Origin: Massalongia carnosa
Lineage: Eukaryota
Assembly (NCBI GenBank): GCA_965645245.1
Contig: OZ287067.1
Location: 248,001-312,000 of the forward strand
Direction of reading: 5' to 3'
Length of the DNA: 64,000 nucleotides
Shown here: positions 27,113 through 38,845 of the stretch, piece after piece
Layout: each line of letters opens with the position of its first letter
How positions within the stretch are numbered: position 1 is the stretch's first letter
Translations under genes and position numbers: made by a program
The notes under the pieces: generated by a model
Database searches by the model: none
What the model was told of the DNA's origin: nothing
The model's input: only the letters and a program-made list of their open reading frames with translations

Positions 27113-27428
27113 CCGCTTTGGCCGTTCCACACGCCCCAATGTTCATCATTTTCAGAGCTTTGAATAGTCTGATATTTGTAAAAAAGTTGTCGACCAACAA
27201 AACGAATTTGTTGGCTGGAGGAAGGCTTTTGCAAAGTTAAATAACAACTAAAGATGAAAGAGTAAAATTCTATTTTGTGGCTGGAAAACCCAGTTGTCTA
27301 GCTGTTTTTAACTCGCTAATCTTGGTAACCTGAGCAGGAAGTTAGCTATTTGGACCTAAATTATCGATATTCTGCTTCATACCTTAGACGTGAGAAGGAA
27401 GTCAAAGAGATAATTCTCTTGACATAAG

Positions 27429-27744
27429 TGTTACAACGCCGCCGTATAAGGCTGATGATTACTAAGCCTGATGACTCAGCGGTACTGAACACGGTCATAC
27501 TATAATCAGGTCAAGCGATGACTAATGGGACGGGACAGGAGGTCTGAGCCCACGGAGGAACGTCAACCCTTAGTTGGCATAGTTGGCAGAGTACTGAAGA
27601 AACTCGACCTCGACTATTGCCACTGATCTATATAATGTGGTATTAGGCCCACCTAGATAGATCATCTTACAATTTAACTACTCCGTACTAAACTGTTCTA
27701 CTCTTAACCCACTACACTACTCCTAGACTAGAGTCACTCTCATA
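27429..27744. mobile_element. Solo LTR G in the piggyBac-like transposase
   Basis: TGTTACA...CTCATA (terminal CA presumed mutated to TA). TSD ATAAG at 27424-27428 and 27745-27749. Confidence 0.8.
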
Positions 27745-28375
27745 ATAAGCTATACAGTTTGAATGTGAGGTTATTGTGACAGGCGATGGGAGGGAGCCCT
27801 ATAGGGCTATGGCATGCGAGGATAGAATGGATGAACTGACAAGTAGCTATCTATAAGAACCGAAACGACTAATATATACCCCTCTCTGATGTCCTACTCC
27901 TAAGAAATTCCTATTCTGATAACTCCGATGACGCGTTGTCAGGGTCTAGACGTTCTGTCCTCGATCGAGGCGAGGATCCTCGTCCCCGTGTCGAGACCCT
28001 GACAATTGCCTCCCCCCTTTATATGGCGACGTCCTTGTTGCCCTCGTGTGTTTATTTTAGCCCTCGATTTCTTCTTGAATGTGTGCAGTCTTTTCTCGCC
28101 CGCTTCTTTCCTCGTGTTTCTTTCTTTCCTGATCGTAGCTCCGTTTGGTTTATCGGGATTTTTCTTGTGAAAGGCCCGGACAGTAGCTTGACATGTGGCT
28201 AGGTTGTCTAAGGGTTCCCACGTGCAGTCCTCTATCCCGAAGTCCGTCCATTTTACCAAGTACTCCACTCGTCCGTTTGTTGTTCTTCGCGAGTCTAGAA
28301 TTCCGTCTACTTCCCATGACTCGTTGCCGGCATCTTCTACTAGCAGTTCTGTGGCTGGCGGTCGATTTTCCTCTC

Positions 28376-29580
28376 TGTCACGATAATATATCATAGCATG
28401 CTTTCGTACTCTAACACTTGCTTATCTCCGTGATAGGCCCAGTTTAACTCTTTGGTCCTTCCATGATAGGAGCAGGTCCAGATTGGGACTAGTCTAGATT
28501 AGCTGTATATAGACGAGCTTGCTCGCATATCTGGACATCCTTTTACACACCCTTATTATGGTGATTACCTTTACAAATGGTAGCACTGTCTCGCAGTACC
28601 ATTGATTACTGTATAGATCACCAGGAGGAGTTCTCCACCAGAAGTAGCACTTCAACCAGTCTTCCTGCCAAAGCTCACCTCGGTTGAATTCACCGTGGCG
28701 AAGCCCAACCTGGCTTCCCAATTCACCTCTGTTTCTTCCCACTGGAAGGTTCATCCTGTCTTCTCGGTAGCACAGCTAGAGCCCTGTCCGCCACCAGCGA
28801 CGGACCCGTTTGACCGTCCCAGGCCTGAGCATCCACCTACCGTCTTCGTGGAAGGAGACACGGACTACCTCAAGTCTTACGAGATAGAAAGGATATTAAA
28901 TAAACGTGTCGTCCGGAAAGGCCGCGGACAGTCCATACAGTACTTGGTAAAATGGAAGGGCTACGGACCCGAGTTCGATCAATAGTATAGCATCAAGGAT
29001 CTTGACAATGCCAAGGAGTTAGTCTATGACTACGAAAAGAGCATAGGGTCCACACTGTCCATTGGCAGTCCACCTGCGTTAACACCCTCCAGTACTGCGG
29101 TAGTTACCAAGGAAACACCTGCTATCACAGCACCAGCTGGTGAGGCAGTAAAAATGTCAAAGGTGGCTCCCGCTGAAACGTCCACGACTGGTCCTACAAA
29201 GGTCACACCTGCTCCACAATTCGCCTCACTAACACCTACTTCGGGAGCTATGGTACCCGCTACAAAAGCAGTCGTGCCAGTAAAGAAGGGTCGTGGAAGA
29301 CCCAGGAAAGATGGCAGAGTTAGAAAGTAATAATATTGCTACGGGGTCGTAGCAGCTTTATTTGCTCGGGGGAAGTTGTCACGATAATATATCATAGCAT
29401 GCTTTCGTACTCTAACACTTGCTTATCTCCGTGATAGGCCCGGTTTAACTCTTTGGTCCTTCCATGATAGGAGCAGGTCCAGATTGGGACTAGTCTAGAT
29501 TAGCTGTATATAGACGAGCTTGCTCGCATATCTCAATGGACATCCTTTTACACACCCTTATTATGATGATTACCTTTACA
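28376..29580 (+). mobile_element. Miniature non-autonomous LTR element (TRIM-like) retaining only a chromodomain and AT-hook tail
   Basis: LTRs 28376-28575 and 29377-29580. TSD CTCTC. PBS-like TGGTAGCA at 28578 and purine tract before the 3' LTR. Internal frame 28695-29330: VHPVFS...YEIERIL...YLVKWKGYG...GRGRPRK, with one TAG at 28983. Confidence 0.92.
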
Positions 29581-30787
29581 CTCTCCCTCGCGAGGATGAA
29601 ACGATTCTATCAGATTGACATTGAACACCGGGTGAATTCGAGATCTTGATAGCAGGTCTAGTCGATAAGCCTGTCTTCCTATTCTTTCGACTATTTCGTA
29701 GGGTCCGTAGCGACGAGCCTCCAATATCTTTGATGGTTTTTTGGTCTTGATGTTCTTTGCGTTTAACCAAACCATTTCTCCTACATTAGGGGTTTTCACG
29801 GTTGATTTTCAAATTTCATGTAAGAGTCAGACCTGGCGATTATCAGACACCAGGCCTAGGGATATGTGACAATGTGAAGACACTAATGATTTGCTATACT
29901 AATATACTAAAAGAAGTATGTAGGTAAAGCGGAAGACTAATCGTTGAAGATTGCATCTCCCTCGAGCAGCCTCCTTATATACCCGGACCGAAGCCCTTGA
30001 CCCTCTGGGCCCTTGATACTGTAACTATCTTGACCGCCCATTACTCCTACCGGATAAGCCGGCTAAACACTCTGCTGACTGCATCGTGGACACTGTGCTG
30101 ACTGTATCGTGGACACTGTGCTGACTGTATCGTACCATCCGCTCACTAATCGTACGAGCATCCTCGTATATCTCGATCGCTCGTACTATACTCTCGGCAG
30201 TAGATACCAGCCGCGTAACGCAGACCAACTGCTTTCCATATGACTAAGCCTAGCCGTAGAACTAAGCCCCGCTTAGTAAGCTTAGCCCTTATTCCTTCTA
30301 TGCCCTGACAATTGCCTCCTCTCCTATAGTGCTGGTCCTCCAGCACGTACAGTACTCGAACGCGGAAGGGAGTGTGTAGGGACGTGATAGAAGATGTCGC
30401 GTAGATAGCAAGTTTGTTGTGTAGAAAGCGCGAATACCTGGCGCTTGACGTAGGTAGATGTAAATATCACTAGCTTCTCGGTAATGCTGGGTCGCCGATG
30501 CCGCTCCAAGCGCTAGAAGTAGCGGAGAAGGGGACGATGGCGATTAGCAGCAGAGATCCGAGCTCGGTAACGCTAGCGTTGATGGTTTGTTGATTTAGGT
30601 GAAGACGGTGAGGAGTACGAGATTGTTGTCTCCGAAAGCTCCTCCAGCGAGAGTCTCAAGGAAGAAAAGGGTGATGAGGAGTCGGACGAGGAAGTAGAAG
30701 ATACTGATGGTGATGATGAGGTGCCGGACGAGAAAGCAGAAAGTTCCGATGGTGATGAGATGGCGAATAAGAAGGGTTTCGCTGGAT

Positions 30788-33700
30788 TCAGCGAGTAACC
30801 TGTAGTTTCTTGATTCGCCTGCGCTTTGCTTTCGGCTTTGCATCGAAATCCTGCTTTAGTTCTAAGGCTCCATCCAGATCTTTCTCTGGTACCCACTCAT
30901 CATATTCTTCAGGGTATCCTACCCATTTTATCTTATAGAATATTTCCCCTTTCTCAGACCTTCTACCTATAATTTCTTCCACTTCCCATTCCTGTTCATC
31001 GTTAATAATTTCAGGTGGGGGTAGAAACGGTATATGCTCTTGACCATCTCTTCGCTTGTAAGGTTCTAGGTAAGAGACATGAAAGACCGGGTGAATTCTA
31101 TAAGTCGTAGGAAGAGCAAGACGATACGCCTGCTTGCCGACTGCTTCTAGAATGCGAAAAGGACCTAAAAACTTATGTGAAAGTTTCTTACTAGGCCTTT
31201 TTTGTTTTAGATTCTTGGCAGATAACATTACCAAGTCCCCTTCATTGAAATCTTTCTCAAGCTGTTTCCTGTTGTAGTACTTGGCCTGCGCTTCGGATAC
31301 GCTTTTCCAGCATGCCTCTAAAGAATACCTGAACTCGTGTAATTGCTTTACTCGTTCTTTCGCAGCGGGGACCCTCTCCACAGCGATGTCGTCCCCGACT
31401 TCGTAGCGAATCTCCGGGTTATAGCCGTACATACAATAAAAGGGGCTGCACCCAAGCGTACTTTGATAACTGACTTGGTAGACAAATTGTGCTAGGGGCA
31501 ATAGTGCCACCCAGTTGGATTGATTGTCAGTGCAGTAAACTCTCAAATAGTGTTCAAGGGTCTGGTTTTGTCGTTCGGTTTGGCCATCAGTTTGAGGGTG
31601 AAAGGCCGTGCTAAGCCGGCGTTTCGTCTTTAAATGAAAACAAATTTCTGACCAGTACTCACTGGTAAAGACCGACCCTCTATCCGATACTATGCCCTCA
31701 GGAGCGCCGAACTGTATTACTACCGATTCAAACAGAATTTCTGCCAGGTCCACTGCATTGATTTTTTTCGTAACCGGGATGTATAGCGCCATTTTGGTAT
31801 ATCTATCCACAATTACTAGGCACGAGTCATAAACCCGGCCGAAACGCTTGCTAGGTGGAAACCCAGTTATGAAATCCATAGTGATTTCTTTCCAAGGACC
31901 GGAAGGACGTGGAAGCGATTGCATAACCCCGTAAGGTCGGTGCCTAGGCGCCTTCGTCCTTTGACAAATGTCGCAGGATTCCGTGTACTTCTTCACAGTC
32001 TTGTTAAGTCCTTTCCAATAGTATTTGCGGGTAAGCAACTCAGCTGTTTTCTCCGCACCAAAATGACCCGCGAGCTCGTCGTCATGATGACGCCGCAACA
32101 GCTCCGCACGAATAGATTCTTCATCGGGCACGTAAATTCTGCCACGATGATTGAGAAGATCATTGCTATCTATAGTCCAAATTGCTTCGGGGGAGCGACC
32201 ACCCTTGCGCTTCAAAGACTTAGCAACGGTCTCTCGCCTGCTAGACACGAATGCGTCTTTCCCCTGTAGCGCCTTGATGAGTTCAAGCACTGACTTGGAA
32301 GCACTTTCCAAAGGCTTTTCTTCATCTGATAAGGCAACAGCTACAGCCCGGGGAATACATTGCGTCAAGCCGACTTCAAAAGTATCACTCTCTTCGTCAA
32401 GAGAAGTAATTGATTTAGAGGTTTCACCCTCTAAATTCTCCAGGGGTTCAATCCCGGACGAAGCTATCTTTGAGCGAAGATCATACCTAAGTGCGGCAAG
32501 CACCGTACGAATCCCCGGCGTATAACCTACGCATAAGGAATCTATTTTGCTCAGCTTCTTTTGAAGAGTAGGCAACAATCTCGTCACCTCGGTGTTGATG
32601 CTCTGATAATCAGGGCGCCTAGACGGTGCATCGGCAGGATTGGTCTTTCCCGAGCGATGCATGATTACGAAATCATAAGCGGCTAATTTCATAGCCCATC
32701 GCGCTTGCCGACCACTCAACACCTTAATATTCATAAAACCCCTCAAATTGTTGTGGTCTGTCAGGACCTCAACGGGGTGCAGGCTACCCTCCAGGTAATG
32801 CCTCCAGTGTTTAAAACACATCACAATGGCCAGCAACTCTTGATCATGGGTTTCATAGTTGCGCTCGGCCGGTATCATCTTCCGCGAGTAGAAAGCGACG
32901 GGATGCCATTGCCCATCCTTCTGCAACTGGGAGATAATGCCAGAGATTCCGAAATCCGATGCATCGGTCTCTAGGCGAATGAGCAGTTCTGGATCGAAGT
33001 GAACCAAGATGGGCGCGCCCTGAAAGGCTTCTTTCAGCTTGCTAAACGCTTCCGCTCCTTCGGCCGTAAGATAAAAAGTACCCCTTTTTATCCCAGCCTG
33101 CATGCCTTTCAGCATGTCAGTCAATGGCCTAGTGATTTGAGAATAATGACGTATGAAACGTCGATAGAAATTGGCGAATCCTAGAAAGACCTGAATGTCT
33201 CGAAAGGACTGAAGTGCAGGCCAATCCCGCACGGTTTCAACCCGGCGTGGATCCATGGAGATACCATCGCTGCTAATGATAAACCCTAGATATTCCACGG
33301 CCGGAGCAAAGAACTCGCACTTTTTAAGATTTGCATAGAGATCGTGTTTCCTTAGACGACGTAACACCTCTTTAACATGCTCCACATGGCTGGTTCTATC
33401 TTTGGAAAATACTAATATATCGTCCAGATAGACTACGCAGAAAAAATCCACGATCCCAGATAAAGCTTTATTGATGTAAGCTTGAAAAGTTGCAGGGGCG
33501 TTGGCTAATCCAAAAGGCATAACCATATACTCGTAGTGTCCGTAACGGGATCGAAATGCCGTCTTCCACTCGTCGCCCTTGCGGATTCGGAGACGATGAT
33601 AAGCATCTCGCAAATCCATTTTGGTAAAATAGGAACACCCGTTTAACTGATCCAGTATCTGCGTGATAAGAGGGAGCGGATGACGATTCTTTTTGGTCAC

Positions 33701-34594
33701 CTTATTCAATCCTCGATAGTCAACGCAGAGGCGCAGAGTACCGTCCTTCTTAGGCACAAATAGTATTGGTGCACCTGCAGAACTGGTGGAGTGCCGGATC
33801 CAACCCTTCGCCAGGGCGTCGTCAAGATATTCCCGAAGAGTCTTAAGCTCCGTATTCGATAAGTTGTATAAAGGACCATAAGGTGGATCACCGCCTTCTA
33901 AATCGATAGCGTGGTCACAGTCCTTGTGCGTAGCTAATTGATTGGCTCTGTCCTTAGAAAAAACATCCTGGAATTCAGCAAATTCCACAGGTATCCCCTG
34001 CGTTTCGTTGGTGTTCCGGCTGTTGTTCTCATCAACAGCGCCAACATTAACAGGTTGTCTTTCGGAAGAAGGTGCAATGGGTTGAGCCACTATAGCATAG
34101 AGTGGTGCCCCGGAATCCAGGGTCTTCGCAAACTGTTTAGGCTTGCACAACTCGAACATATCAGACTGAAAGCCATAACGCCAGCGCTTCGCTCCATAAT
34201 CGATTACGATACCCAGCTGTTTGAGACCAGGGAGACCCAACACCAAGTCAGGGCCCTGTTTGTCAATTGCGTAAAACACGCTGGTAAAGGTGCGCTGTCG
34301 CTGCCAAGTATCCTCGAGAGCCATTACTACCTCATAAGCTCCATAGCAGTAAACCTCTTTACCATCCATGAATTGAGGAGCAGGTAGTTCGCTTTCAATA
34401 GGTCTAAGATCTGAAGCGACGGCGAATCCCTGATTAATCACATTAATCTCGGCTGCTCCATCAAGCAACACTGTCGCCGGGTATTTTTGGACTCCCCTCG
34501 TTATAGTCCCCTCAGGAATTAGGCTTGGCTCGCTTTCTACTGATCGTTTCCCTCCATCGGCTGGCGAGCTTTCCGTGGAGGTTTGGCTTTTCCC
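30788..34594 (-). CDS. pol: Pol of Gypsy J (PR-RT-RH-IN-chromodomain), reached by -1 frameshift
   Basis: 1227-aa ORF with LLDGAAEIN, YLDD, DAS, HPQTDGQTER, GPF and chromodomain. Slippery GGGAAAA at 34594-34588. Confidence 0.95.
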   Translation of the reverse strand, partial: GKSQTSTESSPADGGKRSVESEPSLIPEGTITRGVQKYPATVLLDGAAEINVINQGFAVASDLRPIESELPAPQFMDGKEVYCYGAYEVVMALEDTWQRQRTFTSVFYAIDKQGPDLVLGLPGLKQLGIVIDYGAKRWRYGFQSDMFELCKPKQFAKTLDSGAPLYAIVAQPIAPSSERQPVNVGAVDENNSRNTNETQGIPVEFAEFQDVFSKDRANQLATHKDCDHAIDLEGGDPPYGPLYNLSNTELKTLREYLDDALAKGWIRHSTSSAGAPILFVPKKDGTLRLCVDYRGLNKVTKKNRHPLPLITQILDQLNGCSYFTKMDLRDAYHRLRIRKGDEWKTAFRSRYGHYEYMVMPFGLANAPATFQAYINKALSGIVDFFCVVYLDDILVFSKDRTSHVEHVKEVLRRLRKHDLYANLKKCEFFAPAVEYLGFIISSDGISMDPRRVETVRDWPALQSFRDIQVFLGFANFYRRFIRHYSQITRPLTDMLKGMQAGIKRGTFYLTAEGAEAFSKLKEAFQGAPILVHFDPELLIRLETDASDFGISGIISQLQKDGQWHPVAFYSRKMIPAERNYETHDQELLAIVMCFKHWRHYLEGSLHPVEVLTDHNNLRGFMNIKVLSGRQARWAMKLAAYDFVIMHRSGKTNPADAPSRRPDYQSINTEVTRLLPTLQKKLSKIDSLCVGYTPGIRTVLAALRYDLRSKIASSGIEPLENLEGETSKSITSLDEESDTFEVGLTQCIPRAVAVALSDEEKPLESASKSVLELIKALQGKDAFVSSRRETVAKSLKRKGGRSPEAIWTIDSNDLLNHRGRIYVPDEESIRAELLRRHHDDELAGHFGAEKTAELLTRKYYWKGLNKTVKKYTESCDICQRTKAPRHRPYGVMQSLPRPSGPWKEITMDFITGFPPSKRFGRVYDSCLVIVDRYTKMALYIPVTKKINAVDLAEILFESVVIQFGAPEGIVSDRGSVFTSEYWSEICFHLKTKRRLSTAFHPQTDGQTERQNQTLEHYLRVYCTDNQSNWVALLPLAQFVYQVSYQSTLGCSPFYCMYGYNPEIRYEVGDDIAVERVPAAKERVKQLHEFRYSLEACWKSVSEAQAKYYNRKQLEKDFNEGDLVMLSAKNLKQKRPSKKLSHKFLGPFRILEAVGKQAYRLALPTTYRIHPVFHVSYLEPYKRRDGQEHIPFLPPPEIINDEQEWEVEEIIGRRSEKGEIFYKIKWVGYPEEYDEWVPEKDLDGALELKQDFDAKPKAKRRRIKKLQVTR

Positions 34595-35778
34595 GACTTT
34601 GCGACGGCGTTCACACCGTGCTTCGGCTCCTTGTCGTCTTTAGGAGGGTTGGGACACTTGTTGGCGTAGTGACCCTGTTCTCCGCAGCGATAACATGTCA
34701 CCTCGTCGGTACTTTCCTTTGTCTCAGCATGCTTTCTTTTCTGACCCCTTTTACCGTCTTTCGTAGGTTTTGGTTTGTCAGTGTCCTTTATCTCCTCGTT
34801 CCTCTTATCTCTATGTGATTTAGTGCGAGGGGGGTGAGAAACATTTGGACGCTCATGCTTCGACGTCGTTAAGACATCGTTTTCTCTTTTCTGATTGTTT
34901 TCCAGCCTACTGGCCAGAGTCACCAGAGCTTCTCTAGTCCTTGGAATATTCTGATAGTTGCCTATAGCTGCTCTAATAGACGGCCGCAACTTAGTAAACA
35001 GATGAGTCGCTCTTTGTTCTTCGGTATAGGAGGGCAACTGGTCCTCGAGGCTACTCAAGTGCGCCTCGAAAGCTCTTACCGTTTGCTTCTCTCCTTGCTT
35101 GGCTTCGGCAAATAATTGGGCCATATGCAGACCTCGATTAACTGGGTCCTCGACAATATTTAACAAGAATTTCAAGTACTCTTCGAAGGTATAATTGTGC
35201 ATTTCACCGTCTGCCTCATATCGATGCCAAGCTTCCTTAGGCTCCCCTTCCAGCGATTGCATTGCGAAAGCGATCTTGGATTCATCATCTGGGAAATCCT
35301 CTTTTGCCACGCGAAACGCCACTCTGCAGTTCCGCTCATAATCCAGATGTTCCTTGACCGTTTTTCCATGATAGGGACTGACTTTCTCGGGTCTAGCAGC
35401 GCGTCTCCTGTAAACAACAACAGGTACTGACTGGCTACTCGTCATCTCTACATTGTCGTCAGAACGAGGGTTAATGGCTCCTCTCATTACCGGTTCCTTG
35501 GATGATCCGGTAGGGTTTGGAGGTTTCGAAGGCTTTTGAGTTTGTTCTCGCAGTTGCTCAATACTGGCTTTCAAATTCCTCAGACGTACTTCCTTCTTAA
35601 GTTCGCTACGCCTGCGCTCAGCTTGCGCTATCTGTTCGTCCAACGTCAGGGGTTGAATGGGTTCGACTACTTTTCCCATTGGGGTCAGGGCTCCTCTTCC
35701 AGGGCCCTCAGAATCCGAAAGTTCTTCGATCCGCTCCTCCGGCATCATGGTATCAGAGGCAACTTCTTGCGCGGACAT
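34537..35778 (-). CDS. gag: Gag of Gypsy J
   Basis: 413-aa ORF with zinc knuckle CYRCGEQGHYANKC. Confidence 0.93.
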   Translation of the reverse strand: MSAQEVASDTMMPEERIEELSDSEGPGRGALTPMGKVVEPIQPLTLDEQIAQAERRRSELKKEVRLRNLKASIEQLREQTQKPSKPPNPTGSSKEPVMRGAINPRSDDNVEMTSSQSVPVVVYRRRAARPEKVSPYHGKTVKEHLDYERNCRVAFRVAKEDFPDDESKIAFAMQSLEGEPKEAWHRYEADGEMHNYTFEEYLKFLLNIVEDPVNRGLHMAQLFAEAKQGEKQTVRAFEAHLSSLEDQLPSYTEEQRATHLFTKLRPSIRAAIGNYQNIPRTREALVTLASRLENNQKRENDVLTTSKHERPNVSHPPRTKSHRDKRNEEIKDTDKPKPTKDGKRGQKRKHAETKESTDEVTCYRCGEQGHYANKCPNPPKDDKEPKHGVNAVAKSGKAKPPRKARQPMEGNDQ

Positions 35779-37020
35779 GGCGGGACGATAGTGTATAGAA
35801 GGTGTATAAATGTGTCAACGGATCGTCACTCCTTGAAGGATAGAACGATTAGAATTGTAAGAGTCAGACCTGGCGATTATCAGACACCAGGCCTAGGGAT
35901 ATGTGACAATGTGAAGACACTAATGATTTGCTATACTAATATACTAAAAGAAGTATGTAGGTAAAGCGGAAGACTAATCGTTGAAGATTGCATCTCCCTC
36001 GAGCAGCCTCCTTATATACCCGGACCGAAGCCCTTGACCCTCTGGGCCCTTGATACTGTAACTATCTTGACCGCCCATTACTCCTACCGGATAAGCCGGC
36101 TAAACACTCTGCTGACTGCATCGTGGACACTGTGCTGACTGTATCGTGGACACTGTGCTGACTGTATCGTACCATCCGCTCACTAATCGTACGAGCATCC
36201 TCGTATATCTCGATCGCTCGTACTATACTCTCGGCAGTAGATACCAGCCGCGTAACGCAGACCAACTGCTTTCCATATGACTAAGCCTAGCCGTAGAACT
36301 AAGCCCCGCTTAGTAAGCTTAGCCCTTATTCCTTCTATGCCCTGACATTTCAGGTTTTCAGGGTTTTATTTTTCAGGTTATCAGGGTTTGGCGTTTAGGC
36401 ATGAGTGCCCCGAAATTATTAGAAATTTTTAATTCTAATGCTTAGTCATTCAATCAGACGTTACCAACCTATTTTCTAACTTCTTATCTTCGATCGAGGG
36501 GACATTCTTGTCATTTTAAATAGTTATGCCTCGTGTCAGCTGCAAAGTGCAGCTGAAAAGAGATTTGCGTTGTCTTTACTTTCTATATGATGCTACTGCA
36601 TCATCATCGGATGAATCGGATGAAGCATTGAATTTCCTACTTCTAGCAGAAGGAATTCAAGAACAGCGTTATTTAATTCCCCGATTATTCGTTCCCAAAT
36701 CCAATTGGGCGTCAGCTGTCCTTCCCAACCTTTCGGATGATCGATTCCGAAGTCTGCTACGCATGAATCGCTTTTCCTTTGATCATGTTCTCGGCTTAAT
36801 TCGAAATGATCCCGTCTTTTTCAATAAATCTCGTGTCCCTCAAGCCTCCGTGGAACATCAGCTAAAATACGCTCTTTTTAGAATGGGACATGACGGTAGT
36901 GCCAGTGGATTCCTTCCTACAGCTACTATGTGGGGGATATCAGAAGGGCATGTTTTTAACTGCACCAAACGGGTGATAGAAGCACTGTGTCGGCTAAAGA
37001 ATGACTTCGTTTAATGGCCC

Positions 37021-37504
37021 TGAAACCGGGAGACCTTCTCCCAGCAGGCATTCACTACTGGAAGATGGGATCCACAGGGGCTACACAACGTGATGGTCGC
37101 AATAGAGGTACAAATAGGTTGGGTCGGGTCAAAGGGTGGACTAAATGCTACCCTTTTGAAGTGCTTGATCATTCATCTATATAGAATAGGACAATCCACA
37201 ACCTAAGCTCTTCTTCCGTACCTTGCCCATACTACCTGGTATTTTCGGTCACCGAAACACTTCGGTCACCGAAAGACACGGGTAGATGAGACTAGGCAGG
37301 CGAGCTAGGGGAGGTGAGGCGAGGCGCGGGGATATTTCGTGTACTACGAAAACACCTCCATAATAAGTTAAGTCCCCACACTATGCCTAACTGGGTTAGG
37401 CGGGACCTTATTGTCTTGGTGGTTGTTTTGGCTGTACGTATCCCACATAGCCACATAGGCCAGTCTTACGTTCAACGAACGCATACTAGGCCTACCCTAT
37501 TACA
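37021..37504. mobile_element. Solo LTR K (484 bp)
   Basis: TG...CA ends. TSD GGCCC at 37016-37020 and 37505-37509. The transposase frame rejoins across it. Confidence 0.9.
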
Positions 37505-37890
37505 GGCCCAGTGAAAGAGCTAGGATAAGAGAAAATTTGACCAATAATCAGAGACAAGATGGATTTATCAGGGTCGTTGGCAAGGTAGATGGTACCGACG
37601 TTGTTCTACATATAAAACCAAGTGGTTAATACGAAGGCGAGCTATTCTTCAACAGAAAAAAGAGATACGCGATGGATTTGTGTGCCGTATGTGACTCGAA
37701 TAAAAGGTTTATTTACTTTCTCAGTAGATGGCCAAATTCTCAGCATGATCAGCGTATATTCGCCGCAGGTGATTTGTGCCGGAATCCCGCCTTTTATTTC
37801 TCTCCCGGTCAATATCTATTGGGTGACAGTGCCTATACGAATTCCATGTATCTGGTGACTCCATACAAGGCACCGCATACTAGAGATCCG

Positions 37891-38377
37891 TGTCACGAAA
37901 TCAGGTCGAGGGCAAGGGCAAAGGCAAGGTGGGTTGATGGTCAAGCTTATTGATTGAGTCTATAGCTATGAATCTAGGCTAGGCTAGGTTGGCTATTCAA
38001 GACGTTCGACAAAGAATCAGAACTTCCATGATTCGACTTCTTTCTTATATCTTTGTCCTCCCATATTCATCTTTCTAGGGTGGCGGCGAATGATGTCTAG
38101 TCAGTGCGATGATGAATGAGGGGCATTATAGCGGCAATAAGCACGATGGGGTCAGCGAGGAGACGGGAGATGTCAAACATCAATGCGAAGCTATTAGACA
38201 TGATAATAGTCGATAGACGGGAATAAATCATCAATGCGAGGCTGATTAATGATCAGTAATCGGCGAATTCGAAGAATGATATGAGGGTCCCGAAGGCATG
38301 GCACGACGTCCGTGAGTAGTCATCAGATCAAGGCACGTGATAGAGGCACGTGGTGAGGTCGGAGGCATTTCATGACA
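37891..38377 (-). mobile_element. Solo LTR of the Gypsy E family (487 bp)
   Basis: Matches 54517-55003 with about one difference. TSD ATCCG. Confidence 0.97.
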
Positions 38378-38845
38378 ATCCGGATATTCGTCGATTCAAC
38401 AAAAGACTGTCGCGAATTCGTATAGACATAGAACATGCATTTGGTATTCTGAAAAGAAGATGGAAAAGTCTGACCGGGCTGAGAATTCGAGTCAGGAACA
38501 AGAAAAGCTATACCTACGTCATCAAATGGATAACTGCATGTGTGGTGCTTCATAACATTCTTCAAGACATTCGAGATGAATGGAATGAAGAAGAAGGATG
38601 GTGGACAGAAGAAGAAGAGGCACATGACGAAGAATTGAAACAGCTAATCAGCATTCAAATGACTGAAGGTCTATTCACAAGAGATCAGGTTAAACGATTG
38701 GTCATCGGCAGTTAAGATGACTAGTGATTGATCTCATACAACCCTAGTTGTCATTTCATTTCTTCCATTTGAAAGACTAGCATTGATTTGATTTGATGTC
38801 GTCTAATTTCCTAGTCTTAATTGGTCGCTCCCCCCCCTCCTCTCC

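Larger units (their letters stand above)
29819..36347 (-). mobile_element. Ty3/Gypsy chromovirus J, apparently intact
   Basis: 492-bp LTRs 29819-30310 and 35856-36347, identical by eye. TSD TTTCA. Uninterrupted gag and pol. Confidence 0.97.
36526..38715 (+). pseudogene. Harbinger DDE transposase, interrupted by two solo LTRs
   Basis: After removing 37021-37504 and 37891-38377 it reads FRSLLRM...VDGT...QHD...LLGDSAY...IEHAFGILKRRW. In-frame TAA at 37012 and ~37627. Confidence 0.92.

Noticed and set aside
30067..30133. Three ~22-bp repeats (also at ~36104-36170)
   Set aside because: Ordinary tandem duplication within the two LTRs of Gypsy J.
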